From positions 2,542,001-2,606,000 of the forward strand of contig NC_043020.1 in the NCBI RefSeq assembly GCF_006345805.1: 64,000 nucleotides of DNA, written 5' to 3'. The notes under the pieces were generated by a model. The model saw only the letters and a program-made list of their open reading frames with translations. It was not told the origin of the DNA and ran no database searches. Both the position numbers and the translations under genes were made by a program. Source of the stretch: Octopus sinensis. Its lineage: Eukaryota. Each line of letters starts with the position of its first letter. The first letter of the stretch is position 1. This document shows positions 24,944 through 36,182 of the stretch, piece by piece.

Positions 24944-25150
24944 CAGGGTACAGTGACTGGATTGCCATCTAAATTACACAAAAATGGAAATAACACTGAC
25001 ATCTCATTTTAACAGATGTATTTACCAAAATTACATAAAAATATCTTGAAATACTAAAGAGTAAATTTATTCAATAAAATCACCACTGGCTTCAAACATA
25101 GCTTCCTGATGGCTTCAAGAATCTCCTGCAACTCTTCTGGACAGTCTCCT
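24944..25150 (-). mobile_element. mariner (DD37D/maT-like) transposon 3' remnant
   Basis: Minus strand ETVQKSCRRF[+1 frameshift, stop]SHQEAMFEASGDFIE* (stop at 25067-25069) resembles the mariner/Tc1 C-terminus CRRFR.RLEAV.EA.G..IE*; terminus TA|CAGGGT at 24942-24949. Confidence 0.65.
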
Positions 25151-25307
25151 AGTTTAAGATGGTTTCTATAATTTATTAGTTTCTTTTGCATATTCTTAGT
25201 TTATGCATGTGTATGCAAATATAGTATTGGTATATCCCATTTATGTTCATTAGAAATTAAATAAATAAAGAATCTTGACATGTACGAATATTTATTTCTC
25301 CCCACTG
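25150..25307 (-). mobile_element. Tc1-like terminal fragment
   Basis: Minus strand begins TA|CAGTGGGGAGAAATAAATATT, a typical Tc1 TIR start. Confidence 0.45.
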
Positions 25308-25339
25308 TACATATATATATATATATATATATATAAATC

Positions 25340-25765
25340 AAAATCAAAATCGATCAACATCAATGGAAATTGCAGCTGTGATACCAGTGCCGGTGGTACG
25401 TAAGAGAACCATCCAAACGTGGCCGTTGCCAGCGCCGCCCCGACTGGCCTTGTGCCAGTGGCACGTAAAAAGCACCATCCGATCGTGGCCGTTGCCAGCC
25501 TTGCCTGGCCCCTGTGCCGGTGGCACGTAAAAAGCACCATCCGATCGTGGCTGTTTACCAGCCTCGTCTGGCACCTGTGCCGGTGGCACATAAAAAGCAC
25601 CCACTACACTCACAGAGTGGTTAGCGTTAGGAAGGGCATCCAGCCATAGAAACATTGCAAGATCAGACTGGGCCTGGTGCAGCCTTCTGGCTTCCCAGAC
25701 CCCAGTTGAACCATACAACCCTTGCTAGCATGGAAAGCGGACATTAAATGATGATGATGATGATG
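25340..25765 (+). mobile_element. (GAT)n-tailed SINE family C (RTE-like tail) with internal tandem repeats
   Basis: 3' end GTTGGCGTTAGGAAGGGCATCCAGC...CATGGAAAGCGGACGTTAAACGATGATGAT; internal ~45-60 bp repeats around GGCACGTAAAAAGCACC. LINE partner is inferred. Confidence 0.7.
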
Positions 25766-25776
25766 ATATATATATA

Positions 25777-27303
25777 CTGTAAAAACCCATGTAAGGTATG
25801 CACTTTTCTTCACAAAAACAAAAATAAATTACATGAGTAGATTGTTTCCAGAATTTCTTTAGAAATTTTTTTCTTGAAAAATGGGATACAAATGTAAACA
25901 TTCATATGGGAAGTTGTCTCATTTAATGTCAGAATAGGTTTTTACAGAAAAAAATATAATGAAGTTGAGTTTTATTTATGCTAGACGCTATTATATGCTT
26001 ACTTTTTCTGTACAAATTTACTACTTTTTGAAGTTTGACATTCATGCTAGTAATCACAGTCCAGGCCATATTTTACGTTGCTTGGAGTTTCTACCTATTG
26101 CAACAGAGCCAAGCAATTTCCTTAAATAGATCACTTTTTCTCCACTTAAGAAGTCTAGCTTGCTTTTGCGCCCAGGACACTATTGCTTGCTTTCTCCTCA
26201 TTAGGACAATGAAATTCATCACCACCAACATTACCGCTACTATTCTTACTACATCTAACACTGATGACATCATAATTCATCCTTGCACATATAAACATCT
26301 CTAAGTGAATTTGACGTAGCATTCCTACAGAAACCTTCATTTACTTTACACAATGTTTAATGTTGTTTCACATTCACATTGAATTATGCAGCAATCTTAT
26401 ATTCTCTTCATAGAACACTTGTAATGTATGTATTACCAGTTCTTTAGGTATAGCAGATTTTTACCATTCTTGTTTATGCCTCCTCACAGACGTGTATACT
26501 CTAACAAGTTGCTTCTTAAATTTCACACCTCTCTCGTTCAATAAACACTGAGTTAAACTTGCAAAGCTGTTTATTTTCACCTTTTGATTTTTAATGTCTA
26601 TTTTAGCAGGTTACCAAACTATCAGTTTGGTCTCCCGGCTAAAACGGTAATGAGAAATTTTAAAGTTTACTTGACATTTTATAAGTGTGAAAGGGATTAA
26701 AATTTCGATACTCCATACCAAAGGTTCCGACAGGAGTAGACAGAAAATCAGAGCTTGAGACAAGAAGACATTTTCGACCAATCAGAATTCTAGTTACATA
26801 ATCAGTATGATTGGTCCTCTGTTGATTGCATAAAGTGTCATCCAAGCTGATGTTTATTGGTAATTAAAATTATTTTGCAACACCTGTACTTATTTATCAG
26901 CTTTGTTTTTGTTGATAAGAATTCTTAACAACTTTTCCTGTGATCATGATTTGAGAAGACGTACAGAAGCATGTTAAAGATCAGACATAATCTCTCGTGG
27001 GCAAGAAATGTAAAATAAAGTTTATTATAAACAACACAAACACTTTGTAATTTAATAGCTTTCAACGTGAGACTTGTTAAATAGAAATTATTTAATGAAA
27101 ATTTTATAAAATCTAATCATATGTAAGTGAAATTATGCTAAATACAACTAAATTGAAAACCTATTCCCCCAGGCCATATCGGCAATTCTAAAAACTTTTA
27201 GATCCGAATATAACACGAGAAGAAACTTTTTTTTAACAATTTTTATCCTGAAAATTAACCTGTGTAAATTACACAGGTGCACATATTACATGGGTTTTTA
27301 CTG
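25777..27303. mobile_element. TA-flanked TIR element (Tc1/mariner-pogo type), ~1.5 kb, probably non-autonomous
   Basis: TA|CTGTAAAAACCCATGTAA (25777-25794) and TTACATGGGTTTTTACTG|TA (27286-27303), 17/18 inverted match; no intact transposase visible. Confidence 0.7.
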
Positions 27304-27476
27304 TATATGTAGATATGTATATATATGTATATATGTATATGTGTGTGTGTGTGTGTGTGTGTATATAAACACATATACATACATATACGCATATACATAC
27401 ATACACACATATATATATATACAAATACACATATACATATATACAAATACACATATACACATATATACATAAATAT

Positions 27477-27516
<40 letters not shown>

Positions 27517-27626
27517 TCACATATATATACATAAATATATAGACATATACACATATATATATGCATATACACATATATATATATGCATATACACATATAT
27601 ATATGCATATACACATATATACATAA

Positions 27627-27663
<37 letters not shown>

Positions 27664-29136
27664 ATATATATAGATTCAGATGAATTAAGTACCAGAAAGC
27701 ATACACAATGTATGGTATTATAAGTTCAGCAAAATTTAGATTCAGATGGACATGGTACTAAAGTTAAAGGCGCCAGAATTTTGTATGGTATTATCCATAT
27801 AAATTAAATGGGTTGATTATAATCAAAATAAGCAACAAGGATATCCAAGGTAGAGTAGTACAATTGTTTCATGCTACTTCATCTTATTAAACACTGTAAG
27901 TATTACATCAGTTTTAAAATGTCGAGCAATCTTCAGCCACATATAGAATTTTCCTATTAAATGGACAATGCACACTCTTATCCTTATTTCATTTGCCAAC
28001 ATTATAAAGAGGGTAGATATATAGACATAGAGGTTGATTTCATTCTTAAGAACATGATGGTAGTATGTTCATTCTCCGTCTTTGCAAATGAGTATCTCCG
28101 TTATACGGGCAATGTCATCCATTTCCAATGTTCTGCAAAAACATGCCTGACCATGGGGAAATATTGCCTTGTGAGGAAACAAGTAAGGAAAGGCATCTGA
28201 CTGTAGAAGCATCTTCTGCAACAAATTCCATCATGCATGTATGCATGTATGTGGTTATTCAGTTTTATTTCAAGATTTGTTGTCGATAGAGAAAGTGGCA
28301 GTTTCTAACCTAGATCCAAGGTTCTTTCATTGGAATTTCAACATTATCAACAGGGTATTTTTGTATGTGTGTATACATGCAGATTTATATGCTTTGTTTT
28401 ATGTTACGTATTCGCACGCATATAGCTACATATCTAGACATGCTCATACATATATCTAAACGACAAACGGAAAGATTTACAAATTTTTATAATTCCAGTG
28501 ATGTATGGGATCTGTAGTCTTTGAGTCAGCTTTCTCCTTTCTGGTTTTGAGAAACCTAATTTCTCAAGAGTGGTATGTTACATATCCCAGTGCCCTCAAT
28601 TAATTACAGGTATCAATCTGATAGAGTAACTGGATAGAATAACTGCAGATTCTTCAATAGTTCAGCATAAGTACATATATATGTATGTATGCATGTGTGT
28701 ATGTATGTATGTATGTATGTATGTATGTGTGTGTGTGTGTATGTATGTGTGTGTGTGTATGTATGTGTGTGTATGTATGTATGTATGTATGTATGTATAT
28801 GTTTATGTATGTATGTATGTATGTATGTATGTATGTATGTATATGTTTATGTATGTATGTTTGTATGTATGTATGTATATGTTTATGTATATCGATGAGA
28901 GAAAGAAAAATACAAGAGACCAATAGCCAAAGACGCATATACATAAAATATGGTGGTTCCTCATGTGTGTATATATCTGTATACACAAATATATGTCTTT
29001 CTTGTTCATCGACTCTTAAATTTTATCAAAACTTCTCAAAAAACCATTTTTTGAGCTTGTGTGCACCTGTGTGTTTATAAATATATATTCAAATTCATGT
29101 TGTGTATATTATTTCTGTATACTTATGGACACATGC

Positions 29137-29174
<38 letters not shown>

Positions 29175-29929
29175 CACAAACATTACACTGAAAGAGACAT
29201 GCATATATAGAAACAAATTCAGAGATAAAAATAAAAAGGAGATAGAGAGAGGGGGAGACAGGTGCATATATATATGTGTGTGTGTGTATGTACACATATA
29301 TACACACATACACACATACACATATATTTATACATTCACACATATATATGTGTGTATATATAAATATATATGTATATATATGCATATATAAAGATATAAT
29401 ACACATATATATATGTATTATATATTTGTATATGCATATATATCTATATATATATATACACACACATATATATATATATATATACACACATATATATATA
29501 CGCACATATATATATATATGCACATATATATATATACACATATATATATATACACACATATATATATACACATATATATATATACATATATATATACACA
29601 CATATAATATATATATACACACATATAATATATATATACACACATATAATATATATATATATATATTATATATATATATATATATAATATATATATCACA
29701 CACATACACACAAATATATTTTTATATGCATGTACATGAAATAAATATAAAAGTTATATTTAAAAATATCCACACAACATACACACACATACACATACTT
29801 GTAAGTATGTATACAAATGCTGAGACAAACACATCAAATATATGGAGCATAAAAATACCAGCAAAGGCTAAGAAACACACACACACACACACAGAAATAC
29901 CAATTTTTATGCCACAGGTAGTCAATCTT

Positions 29930-29960
<31 letters not shown>

Positions 29961-30207
29961 TGACCAATTTAGAAAGTCTTTCCAAACAATATTGAGATTC
30001 TGTCTAAGAAATATTGTTTTAGCGCCTCCAGAGAAAAACAAAACCAGCATAAACATTGTATATTATATACACATATTCCATTATTTTGTGTTTGCTGGTT
30101 CTTTCTTGGTCTTATCTATTCTTGCACCAAACATCTAGGAACGAGGAGACAGGATGAAGAACACCAGACCAAATTTAGATGCCAAAACAATAACAATAAG
30201 AATAATA

Positions 30208-30255
<48 letters not shown>

Positions 30256-30600
30256 GTAATAGTAATAATAATAATAATAATAATAATAGTACTGATAATC
30301 AAAATAGTAATGATAGTAGTAGTATTAGTAGTAGTAGTAGTGGTGGTGGTGGTGGTAGGAGGAGGAGGGGAGGAGGAGGTAATGGTAAAGTGAAAGTAAA
30401 GGAATGGCTTCTTGGATGAAATATTTTTAAACCACTAAGAAAAACTTTTTAGGTTTTTTTACTCTAATGACGAAAAACTGACGTACTTGTCGTCCTTTTC
30501 CAGTACTTGAAAATCAAAGTACAAGTTATACGCTGAGGTTAATTAAATTAAATTAAATTAACTACACGCCTACCCTGCACAAAAAATTATGGAATCTTAT

Positions 30601-30767
30601 TATAGGTGCAGGAGTGGCTGTGTGGTAAGTAGCTTGCTTACCAACCACATGGTTCCGGGTTCAGTCCCACTGTATGGCTTCGAGGGTAAGTGTCTTCTAC
30701 TATAGCCTCGGGCCAACCAAAGCCTTCTGAGTGGATTTGGTAGACAGAAACTGAAAGAAGCCTCTCG

Positions 30768-30803
<36 letters not shown>

Positions 30804-31014
30804 GTGTGTATACGTTTGTGTGTCTGTGTTTGTCCCCCCAACATCGCTTGACAACAGATGCTGGTGTGTTATGTCCCCGTAACTTAGCGGTTCAGCAATA
30901 GAGACTGACAGAATAAGTACTAGGCTTACAAAGAATAAGTCCAGGGGTTAATTTGCTCGACTAAAGGCGGTGCTTCAGTATGGCCACAGTCAAATGACTG
31001 AAACAGGTAAAAGA
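30601..31014 (+). mobile_element. tRNA-derived SINE family A (CORE-like), full length
   Basis: A box TGGCTGTGTGG, B box GGTTCAGTCCC, internal (TA/TG)n, 3' tail CATGGCC.CAGTCAAATGACTGAAACA.GTAAAAGA; many copies across the window. Confidence 0.85.
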
Positions 31015-31044
31015 ATTATTATTACTAATATTATTGTTATCATT

Positions 31045-32083
31045 TTTAAGGAAGCAAGCTAGCAGAATTGGTCGCACACCAAGCAAACTGCTCAGAGGCA
31101 TTTCGTCCGTCTATACATTCTGAGTTCAAATTCCACCAGAGTTGACTTTACTTTTCATCTCTTTAGGGTTGATAAAATAAGTACCAGTTGAACACTGGGG
31201 TCAATGTAATTGACTTATCCTCTCCCCTGAAATTGCTGGCCTTGTGCCAAAATTTGAAACTATTATTACTGTTGTTGTTGTTGTTGTTTGTCTTTGTATT
31301 GTCTGTCTCATCCTTCTCCCTGGTAGCAAACAAACAAATTATTATTATTATTATTATTATTAAGACGGCAAGATAGCAGAATCATTACCACAACGGGCAA
31401 AATGCTTAGCAGTATTTTGTCCAGCTTGACGTTCTGGGTTCAAATTCTGCTGAGGTCGACTTGGCCTTTCATCCTTTCAGGGTCAATCAAATAAGAACCA
31501 GTTATGCACTGGGGTTTATGTAACCAACTTAATCCTTTCCCCCAAATTTGAGGCCTTGTGCTTCCAGTAGAAAAGATTATTATTATTATAAGTGTTCTGG
31601 CCTTGTGCCAAAATTTGAAACATTATTATTGTTGTTGTCATTACTGTTGTTGTTGTCATTGCTGTTGTTATTCAACATTTGGTAGTTTCAGGTGAATTCC
31701 TACTGCATCACCTGCTACACCTCCGTGTTGCTGGGACACGTGCAGGATTGCATGTTCTTTTTAATTGCAGTTTTTGTTATGGGGTCTGCTTGTAGTCTTT
31801 ACCATTATTATTATCATTCTTCAGGCAGCAAAGCTGGCAGAATCGTTAGCATGCCAGACAAAACGCTAAGCAGCATTTCTTCCGTCTTCACATTCTAAAC
31901 TCAAAATACCATCAAGGTCAACTTCACCTTCTATCTTTCAGGGGTTGATAAAATGAAGTACCAGTCAAGTACCAGGGTAGGTAATATAAAGTACCAATCA
32001 GGTGCTAAGTTCGATGTAATTGGCCTCCCCCACCAAAATGCTGACTGTGCCAAAATTAGAAAGAATTATTATCATTATTGTTG

Positions 32084-32149
<66 letters not shown>

Positions 32150-32740
32150 GCAGAATTGTTAACATGCTGAGCAAAATGTTTACTGGTATTTTGTCCATCT
32201 TTACCAAAATTTGAAATTATTATTATTATTATTATTATTATTATTGTTATTTAATTATTATTATTGTTGTTGTTGTTATTTAATTATTATTATTATTATT
32301 TAATTATTATTATTATTATTTAATTATTATTATTATTTAATTATTATTATTATTATTTAATTATTATTATTATTTAATTATTATTATTATTTAATTATTA
32401 TTATTATTTAATTATTATTATTATTATTATTTAATTATTATTATTATTATTATTTAATTATTATTATGATTATTATTATTATAATTATTATTATTATTAT
32501 TAAGGCAGCGAGCTTGCAGAATCATCAGCACACTGGCAAAAATGCTTTGCACTCTGAGTTCAAATGCCGCTGAGGTGGACTTTGCCTTTCAACCTTTTGG
32601 GGCTGATAAAATAAGTACTAGTTGAATATTGGGGGGTCGATGTAACTTGCTGGCCTTGTGCCAAAATATGAAATCATTATTATTATTATTAATATTATTA
32701 TTATGATTATTATTATTATTATCATTATGATTATTATTCC
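31045..32740 (+). mobile_element. Head-to-tail stack of six (ATT)n-tailed SINE family B copies or fragments
   Basis: Repeated AAGGC.GC.AGCTGGCAGAATC...GAGTTCAAATTC...CTGGCCTTGTGCCAAAATTTGAAA + (ATT)n at ~31045, 31362, 31591 (3' end only), 31822, 32146 (internally deleted) and 32502. Confidence 0.85.
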
Positions 32741-32782
32741 TACTAATTACTGGTGTCTGTTTTTGTTTTCTTCCAATTGTAG
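32741..32782 (+). promoter_or_regulatory. 3' splice acceptor of the FaNaC coding exon
   Basis: TACTAAT branch-point match at 32741-32747, then pyrimidine tract (TCTGTTTTTGTTTTCTTCC) and TGTAG ending at 32782; exon starts 32783, 19 nt before the ATG. Confidence 0.8.
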
Positions 32783-32801
32783 AGCGAGCAAGCCGGGACA
32801 T

Positions 32802-34688
32802 ATGAAGGTAACAGGCTTTGACAAACTGGGTTTCAACAGTAACCAGTTACGCACAATGAGGCAACAGCTACGCAGGCGGAACTACAATGCGCTCAGCATC
32901 ATCACAGAATTGGCAGCCGAGAGCAATGCCCACGGACTGGCAAAAATTGCAACATCAACACAGACCCCAAGAAAAGTTCTGTGGGCATTAATGGTAATTG
33001 TAGGTTTCACTGCCGCCACACTACAACTCTCCCTTCTCGTCCGGAAATACCTGGAATTCCAGGTGGTAGAAGTTTCTAAAATGAAAGATGGTATGGATGT
33101 GGAATTCCCTGCCATCACTGTCTGCAATATAGCGCCAATATCCTTGACGAAAACCAAAGAGCTTCTTAGTTCAGAAACGTCAGAACTGACGCAATGGCTG
33201 CAATTTATAGACAAATATAACTTTGGTGCACAGACTGACCGAATGTTCACAGTGCAGAGTTTGTACGAGAACCTCGCAGACGAGGCCCAGCTTTTGGGTA
33301 GGGACCTCAATGATTTCCTTATACACTGTCAGTATAATCAGGAAATCTGTAACATACAAAACTTCACTCGATATTTCGACGGACATTATTTTAACTGTTA
33401 CACATTCAACAGCGGCCACCAGCCGGGCACCAGCCTGTTGACACATGCCACTGGGCCTCAGAGTGGTCTTTCTTTAATTCTTTCGTTAGACAATGATGAT
33501 CCACCTGTTGGTGGCTATGGCTCATACAATATAAAATCGAACATTGAACACAGTGCTGGAGTAAGAGTGGTTGTTCACCCACCAAGCACAATGCCAAGCC
33601 CGGTAGACCATGGCTTTGATGTGCCTCCAGGGTACTCTTCATCGGTAGGTTTGAAAACTATTATGCACGCACGTCTTTCAAATCCCTATGGCAACTGCCA
33701 GAATAGCCGGCTTCAAAATTCCTCAAAATATATCCACACCGTTTTCTCGTGTCTCGAACTGTGTAAGCAGCGAATTGTGATGAGCACGTGCGGCTGCCGA
33801 TCTTCAAATTTACCAGAAATGACATCGTCAAACTTCACGTTCTGTGGTTTAGTGGAGAACAAATGGAATTGGAAAGACATGATGAAGAATCCAGAAAACT
33901 ACAACATCACAAAGATAAACTTGACAGAACTTGCCTGTGAAGAAAGAGTTCTCAAAGAATTTTCCATAAACCGAGCCTACGAGAGCTCATGTAATTGTTT
34001 CCAACCATGCCAAGAGACCACATACCAAAAATCAATATCTCTTTCCTATTGGCCTTTAGAATTCAATCAGTTAAGTGCCCTTGAAACATTTTATGGCGAT
34101 AAAATCAATGAGACATTTTTATACGATGCTTACAAGATGCTTAAGTATTTGTCATCTCTTGGTGTTGGCCACGTACCTGAGTCCCCACCTCCGGAAGAGA
34201 TCAATATCACTCTGCACGATAACAACAACAACAGCACCAACTCTGGGATGCATTCTCCGGCTTTGCTGTCGCAGCTGCTGGCAAACAGCACTGAGGCACC
34301 AAAGCCTCCAGCACCAAGGGATGACTTCATTGAGCACGTGAGTGCAAAGCTCAATTCAAGCGACAAAGAGAAACAAATCCGAGCGTCAAACATGATCCGA
34401 CAGAACCTTCTGCGACTGAACGTTTACCTTGAAGACCTCAGTATCATAGAATTTCGACAGATGCCCGCCTACGAGCTGGCTGATCTGTTTGCCGACATTG
34501 GCGGCACACTGGGTCTGTGGATGGGTATATCGGTGCTGACCATTATGGAGCTTATAGAACTCTTCACCAGACTTCTAATGCTAATTTTCAGCTCGGAGAA
34601 GAAAATTCCCAATGCCGACCCAGTCACAAACGGAATGTTGGACCATGACTGTGACTGCCAAAAAAGTAGTATGGAATCACCGTTTTGA
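32802..34688 (+). CDS. FaNaC: FMRFamide-gated sodium channel (DEG/ENaC family), 628 aa, CDS uninterrupted
   Basis: Open frame MKVTGF...ESPF*. Family hallmarks: pre-TM1 HG motif (ESNAHG), TM1 VLWALMVIVGFTAATLQLSLLV, FPAITVCN, HYFNCYTFN, GPQSGLSLIL, GVRVVVH, Cys-rich thumb, TM2 ADIGGTLGLWMGISVLTIMEL with GIS filter. Long stretches match gastropod FaNaC as I recall it (ESNAHGLAKI, GFTAATLQLSLLVRKYL, MPSPVDHG, PPGYSSSVGLK, SLSYWPLEF). GC content is clearly higher than in the flanks. Start taken as the first ATG after the splice acceptor. Confidence 0.95.
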   Translation: MKVTGFDKLGFNSNQLRTMRQQLRRRNYNALSIITELAAESNAHGLAKIATSTQTPRKVLWALMVIVGFTAATLQLSLLVRKYLEFQVVEVSKMKDGMDVEFPAITVCNIAPISLTKTKELLSSETSELTQWLQFIDKYNFGAQTDRMFTVQSLYENLADEAQLLGRDLNDFLIHCQYNQEICNIQNFTRYFDGHYFNCYTFNSGHQPGTSLLTHATGPQSGLSLILSLDNDDPPVGGYGSYNIKSNIEHSAGVRVVVHPPSTMPSPVDHGFDVPPGYSSSVGLKTIMHARLSNPYGNCQNSRLQNSSKYIHTVFSCLELCKQRIVMSTCGCRSSNLPEMTSSNFTFCGLVENKWNWKDMMKNPENYNITKINLTELACEERVLKEFSINRAYESSCNCFQPCQETTYQKSISLSYWPLEFNQLSALETFYGDKINETFLYDAYKMLKYLSSLGVGHVPESPPPEEINITLHDNNNNSTNSGMHSPALLSQLLANSTEAPKPPAPRDDFIEHVSAKLNSSDKEKQIRASNMIRQNLLRLNVYLEDLSIIEFRQMPAYELADLFADIGGTLGLWMGISVLTIMELIELFTRLLMLIFSSEKKIPNADPVTNGMLDHDCDCQKSSMESPF

Positions 34689-34771
34689 AGTAGAATTTGC
34701 CAAGACAGCAGGGATTTTGGGAATTAATTTTTTTTAATCTTTTATTTTTTTTCACATTTTTTTCTCATTTG

Positions 34772-34777
34772 AATAAA
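34772..34777 (+). terminator. Candidate polyadenylation signal for FaNaC
   Basis: AATAAA 84 nt after the stop codon, with a T-rich element ~25-40 nt downstream. A longer 3'UTR cannot be excluded. Confidence 0.45.
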
Positions 34778-34904
34778 ACAGAAATTATATAAGAAAAAAA
34801 CATTTTTTTTTTTTTTTGGCTAAATTGAATTCCTAAAGAAATCAATAAGCCATCACAATAATTACTAAATTAATATTATGATTAACACAACGGATTTGCA
34901 AGAA

Positions 34905-35303
34905 TCTTTAGAGCGTAGGACAAAATAGCTTCCAGCTCTTTATGTTCAAATCCTGCCAAGGTCAACTTTGCCTTCCATCAAAACAAAATTGATGAAACAA
35001 AGTACCATACAAGTACTGGGATGAGGGATTCAACTAAGTCCTCCTCCCAAACTTTTGGCCTTGAGCCTATGATAAAAACAATTATTATTATTATTATTAT
35101 TAAGGCGGTGAGCTGACAGAATCGTTGGTACATAGTGGCATTTTGCCCTTCTTTACGTTCTGAGTTCAAATTCCGCCAAGGTCAACTTTGCCTTTCATCC
35201 TTTTGGGGGTCAATAAAATAAGTACCAGTTCAATATTGGAGTCAACATAACTGACTTACCCCCTCCTCTGAAATTGCTGGCCTTGTACCAACATTTGAAA
35301 TCA

Positions 35304-35351
<48 letters not shown>

Positions 35352-35600
35352 GTTTAATATTCTAAAGGCTGTGGAGATGAGAGAGTGGGCAGAGACTAAA
35401 TAAGCATAAATGGCTGTTTTAATTCAAAGCCTCGTATTTCTGAGTTCAAGTGGGGGCAACTCTGCCTTTTCATCTAACCTGGGTTTCTAAAGTAAAATAT
35501 ACCAGTAATATTACTGGGTCCAATACAATCAACAAGAAATGTTTACTGATACAAAACCAAAAATATTTTAAAAATATAAATAATAAAAATGAAACTGGTC
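34905..35600 (+). mobile_element. Stack of three SINE family B copies downstream of FaNaC
   Basis: Same family and orientation, copies starting near 34905, 35101 and 35365. Confidence 0.75.
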
Positions 35601-36081
35601 TTGTGCCTAAGTCAAGAAATCAACACCACCACCACCACTAACTACCATCAACTGCTTTGTCATCGTCATCACCATCATTATCATCACTACCATCCTTACT
35701 ACCATCACCACTACCACTATCATCATCATCCTCATCATCCCCATCACACTACCATCATCATAACAACCTTCATCAATATTACTATTGCCAGTCACCATCA
35801 CCACTACCATCATCATCACCAATACTACCATCATAACCATCATCACCACCACTACCACTATGACCATACAATAAAGAAACTCTAAACGGTCATTTGATTG
35901 ACTAGAAATAGCAGTCAAATCTCCCGCAAATAATCACTTCTAAGAATCTTTGAATAAAAAAAAATGGAGGGATTCATACAGCAATGTGATTCTGAATATA
36001 GTAAAACAGAAAATAGGGGATGGTCATGACTGGAACGTCTATGATCGCAACAGGTCGCTCAATCAGCACTAGAATGAATAG

Positions 36082-36116
<35 letters not shown>

Positions 36117-36182
36117 TTTGTTTTTGAAAATGGAGAGATTCAATGGATATAAATTCATGTATCAACTATTTAACATTGCCTA

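Noticed and set aside
26035-26340. Transposase ORF inside the 1.5-kb TIR element
   Set aside because: Short ORFs with no recognisable HTH or DDE motifs; cannot be supported without a translated search.
30601-30680. tRNA genes
   Set aside because: All tRNA-like sequences are SINE heads with A/B boxes that continue into SINE bodies; no complete cloverleaf was seen.
32658-32801. First 48 codons of the listed 676-aa ORF (MPKYEIIIII...)
   Set aside because: The start is a GTG in a SINE tail followed by (ATT)n and the intronic acceptor; the frame is open by chance. The real start is most likely ATG 32802.
32882-34393. Antisense and alternate-frame ORFs overlapping FaNaC
   Set aside because: Shadows of a GC-richer coding exon; no independent protein features.
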